DNA from: an uncultured virus (IMG/VR IMGVR_UViG_3300043602_000144)
Lineage: Duplodnaviria; Heunggongvirae; Uroviricota; Caudoviricetes
Reading direction: 5' to 3' (one strand)
IMG/VR virus record: IMGVR_UViG_3300043602_000144
DNA length: 20,000 bases
Of this stretch, positions 18,699 to 20,000 are shown piece after piece; positions within the stretch are counted from its first letter, which is position 1, and each line of letters begins with the position of its first letter. The notes under the pieces are model-generated. The model was not told where the DNA came from. It saw only the letters and a list, made by a program, of their open reading frames with translations, and made no database searches. The translations under genes were made by a program, and so were the position numbers.

Positions 18699-18732
18699 GG
18701 TCGGCTCTAGAACTCTTCGTCAAACCCCGACT

Positions 18733-19242
18733 CTAAACTACGACCTCTTCCAGCGCTGACGCGTTCAGCACTGTACGCACATCACGTCCTAGCAGAGATA
18801 TTCGTATTTCGCAACGCCCACTATCGCGCATCCTCACAACCCGACACTGCTGTCCTCCTAGAGAGCTCATGCCCTCACGCACCGATACCAGCATATTGGG
18901 CTGCAGTCTATCTGGGATCTTTATCAGGCCGTCCTTCCCCTCCAATGCCTTCAGCGCCTCTATAGATCTACGAGGCACCGGAATGGGCATTTCATCGAGA
19001 AGGAAGAATCTACGAATTCCTGGGAGGCGCATAAGATGCTGCCATCCCATCTGCAATAAGATGAAGATGTATCTTGGATAGATCAAATGCCGAATACATT
19101 CACCGACCTTGGTGGCTGCGTTCATGATCGGGAGATAATATTGAAATCCCAGCTTCTCGATATGGTGCGCTGCACGATACTCTTCATGCGGCATGGTCAT
19201 CGCGGCCGTCCAGTATTTGATTGATGCCGAAGCCGATGACAT
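18733..19242 (-). CDS. NusG/RfaH-family transcription antitermination factor (169 aa)
   Basis: NGN domain: YW...T.P.EE.RA..H....GF..YLP...LIYPRYIF...W..L...PGI....P..VP...I..L. Degenerate KOW-like C-terminus: V.V.EG...G......R..I...LLGR.V. Lies directly upstream of the late genes. Confidence 0.88.
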   Translation of the reverse strand: MSSASASIKYWTAAMTMPHEEYRAAHHIEKLGFQYYLPIMNAATKVGECIRHLIYPRYIFILLQMGWQHLMRLPGIRRFFLLDEMPIPVPRRSIEALKALEGKDGLIKIPDRLQPNMLVSVREGMSSLGGQQCRVVRMRDSGRCEIRISLLGRDVRTVLNASALEEVVV

Positions 19243-19398
19243 ACGATCTTTTCCCCGAAGCTATCACATGAGACGCACCACACTCTTCGTTGACGCACTG
19301 CAACATCTAAGTAAAACGACATACCAATTTGTGCGCGGTACCGTACACACAGTTATGCAAGATTTGCAACCCACACCTTTTGGTTACTCTCTCGCGGA

Positions 19399-19576
19399 CA
19401 GCCCTGCCCGGTAGGGTGTAGATGAGTTTACTTGTCATCTGCGCAACTAGCGCAGTGATAAGTTGCGCGCTAGTGCGCAACTCATCTACCCCTATAGGGC
19501 TGGGTGCTGAGTTGCGCATCAGTTTTGCGCAACTCTGTGCAACTCATGCGCAACTCCCGGACCAATGAGTTGCGCA
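19399..19576. repeat. Iteron-like array (8 copies of TGCGCAACTC or its complement) with palindrome and nested inverted repeats; candidate replication origin
   Basis: Forward copies at 19440, 19474, 19526, 19536 (1 mismatch) and 19547; reverse copies at 19461, 19509 and 19567 (those at 19440 and 19461 are 8-9 bp partial copies). Palindrome CCCTATAGGG at 19490-19499. Confidence 0.8.
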
Positions 19577-19578
19577 CC

Positions 19579-20000
19579 TCATTTAAAGAGCCTTTCTTGA
19601 GCCTCCGGCAGGGCTTCCATGGCCTGCTTCTTTGATGGGGTGCCACACCCTTTCGGCCATCGGCGGTTAGCTGCACTGCGGTATTCAAATGCCACGAGCG
19701 CATTGGTCTTGGTCCATTGTTTGAGCATGGCCTTCGCCTTGCCCTCATCACATTTGAGTTCACGTTGCACCAGCAATCCAACCCACCGATTGATCATATC
19801 GCTTTTGGCCGGAGAGCTATTGTTGAGCGTGTAATATTCCCCGAGGAAATTCCCCTTGTTGTCCTCTATCCCACGATCTATCTTGGCAAAGAGCTCTTTC
19901 GTTGCATCATCCGCGACTCCATCCAGCGCCGTCGGTGCATTCCAAGGAATGGGTACGCCGACGTTGTCTCCTGGAATATCTCCCTCGTGGTTCTGCATAT
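19579..20000 (-). CDS. C-terminus of a probable phage RepA/AAA-type helicase or primase-helicase (5' part outside the window)
   Basis: GDNVGV..PW..P...DG...RWVG..V...L.....KAK..LK.W.....L..FEY.......KG resembles, from recall, the C-terminal region of AAA_25/RepA-like phage proteins. No ATPase motif lies inside the window. Confidence 0.6.
   Translation of the reverse strand, partial: MQNHEGDIPGDNVGVPIPWNAPTALDGVADDATKELFAKIDRGIEDNKGNFLGEYYTLNNSSPAKSDMINRWVGLLVQRELKCDEGKAKAMLKQWTKTNALVAFEYRSAANRRWPKGCGTPSKKQAMEALPEAQERLFK

Larger units (their letters stand above)
1..20000 (-). mobile_element. Tailed bacteriophage/prophage segment (end of replication module, packaging, portal, fibre module)
   Basis: TerL, portal, MuF-like and fibre genes are co-oriented and tightly coupled. 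No host housekeeping genes, integrase or att site are visible, so free phage versus prophage cannot be decided. Confidence 0.96.

Noticed and set aside
19440..19576. CRISPR array or mini-array
   Set aside because: Repeats are only 8-10 bp, in mixed orientation and irregularly spaced; no spacers or cas genes.
19307..19781. ORFs 19307-19519 and 19482-19781
   Set aside because: They run through the repeat array or overlap the helicase C-terminus; no convincing RBS or protein-like features.
874..19834. Remaining short plus-strand and alternate-frame ORFs in the track
   Set aside because: They lie within or opposite well-supported, coupled minus-strand genes, as expected by chance in GC-rich DNA.

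Overview
The whole window is a tailed-phage (Caudoviricetes) or prophage segment with all real genes on the minus strand, mostly translationally coupled by ATGA/TGATG/TAATG overlaps. An alphaproteobacterial host is a guess from my recall of the protein families. In transcription order (right to left): C-terminus of a probable RepA/AAA-type replicative helicase; an array of 8 TGCGCAACTC-type repeats with nested inverted repeats (candidate origin); a NusG/RfaH-like antiterminator; a structured leader; probable terminase small subunit; terminase large subunit; four small ORFs (one 41-aa ORF missing from the ORF track); DUF1073-type portal; MuF-like head morphogenesis protein; a Pro-rich repeat protein; and an intrinsic terminator. 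No protease, capsid or tail-tube genes follow. Instead there is a >12-kb fibre/adhesin module: a small beta-rich subunit, a SPRY-like protein, a CxxCxxCC (YkgJ-like) protein, a 2189-aa mosaic protein with a ~21-aa repeat rod and inserted globular domains, a collagen-like fibre, a double LamG-like protein and another truncated fibre. All family calls are by eye; no searches were run.
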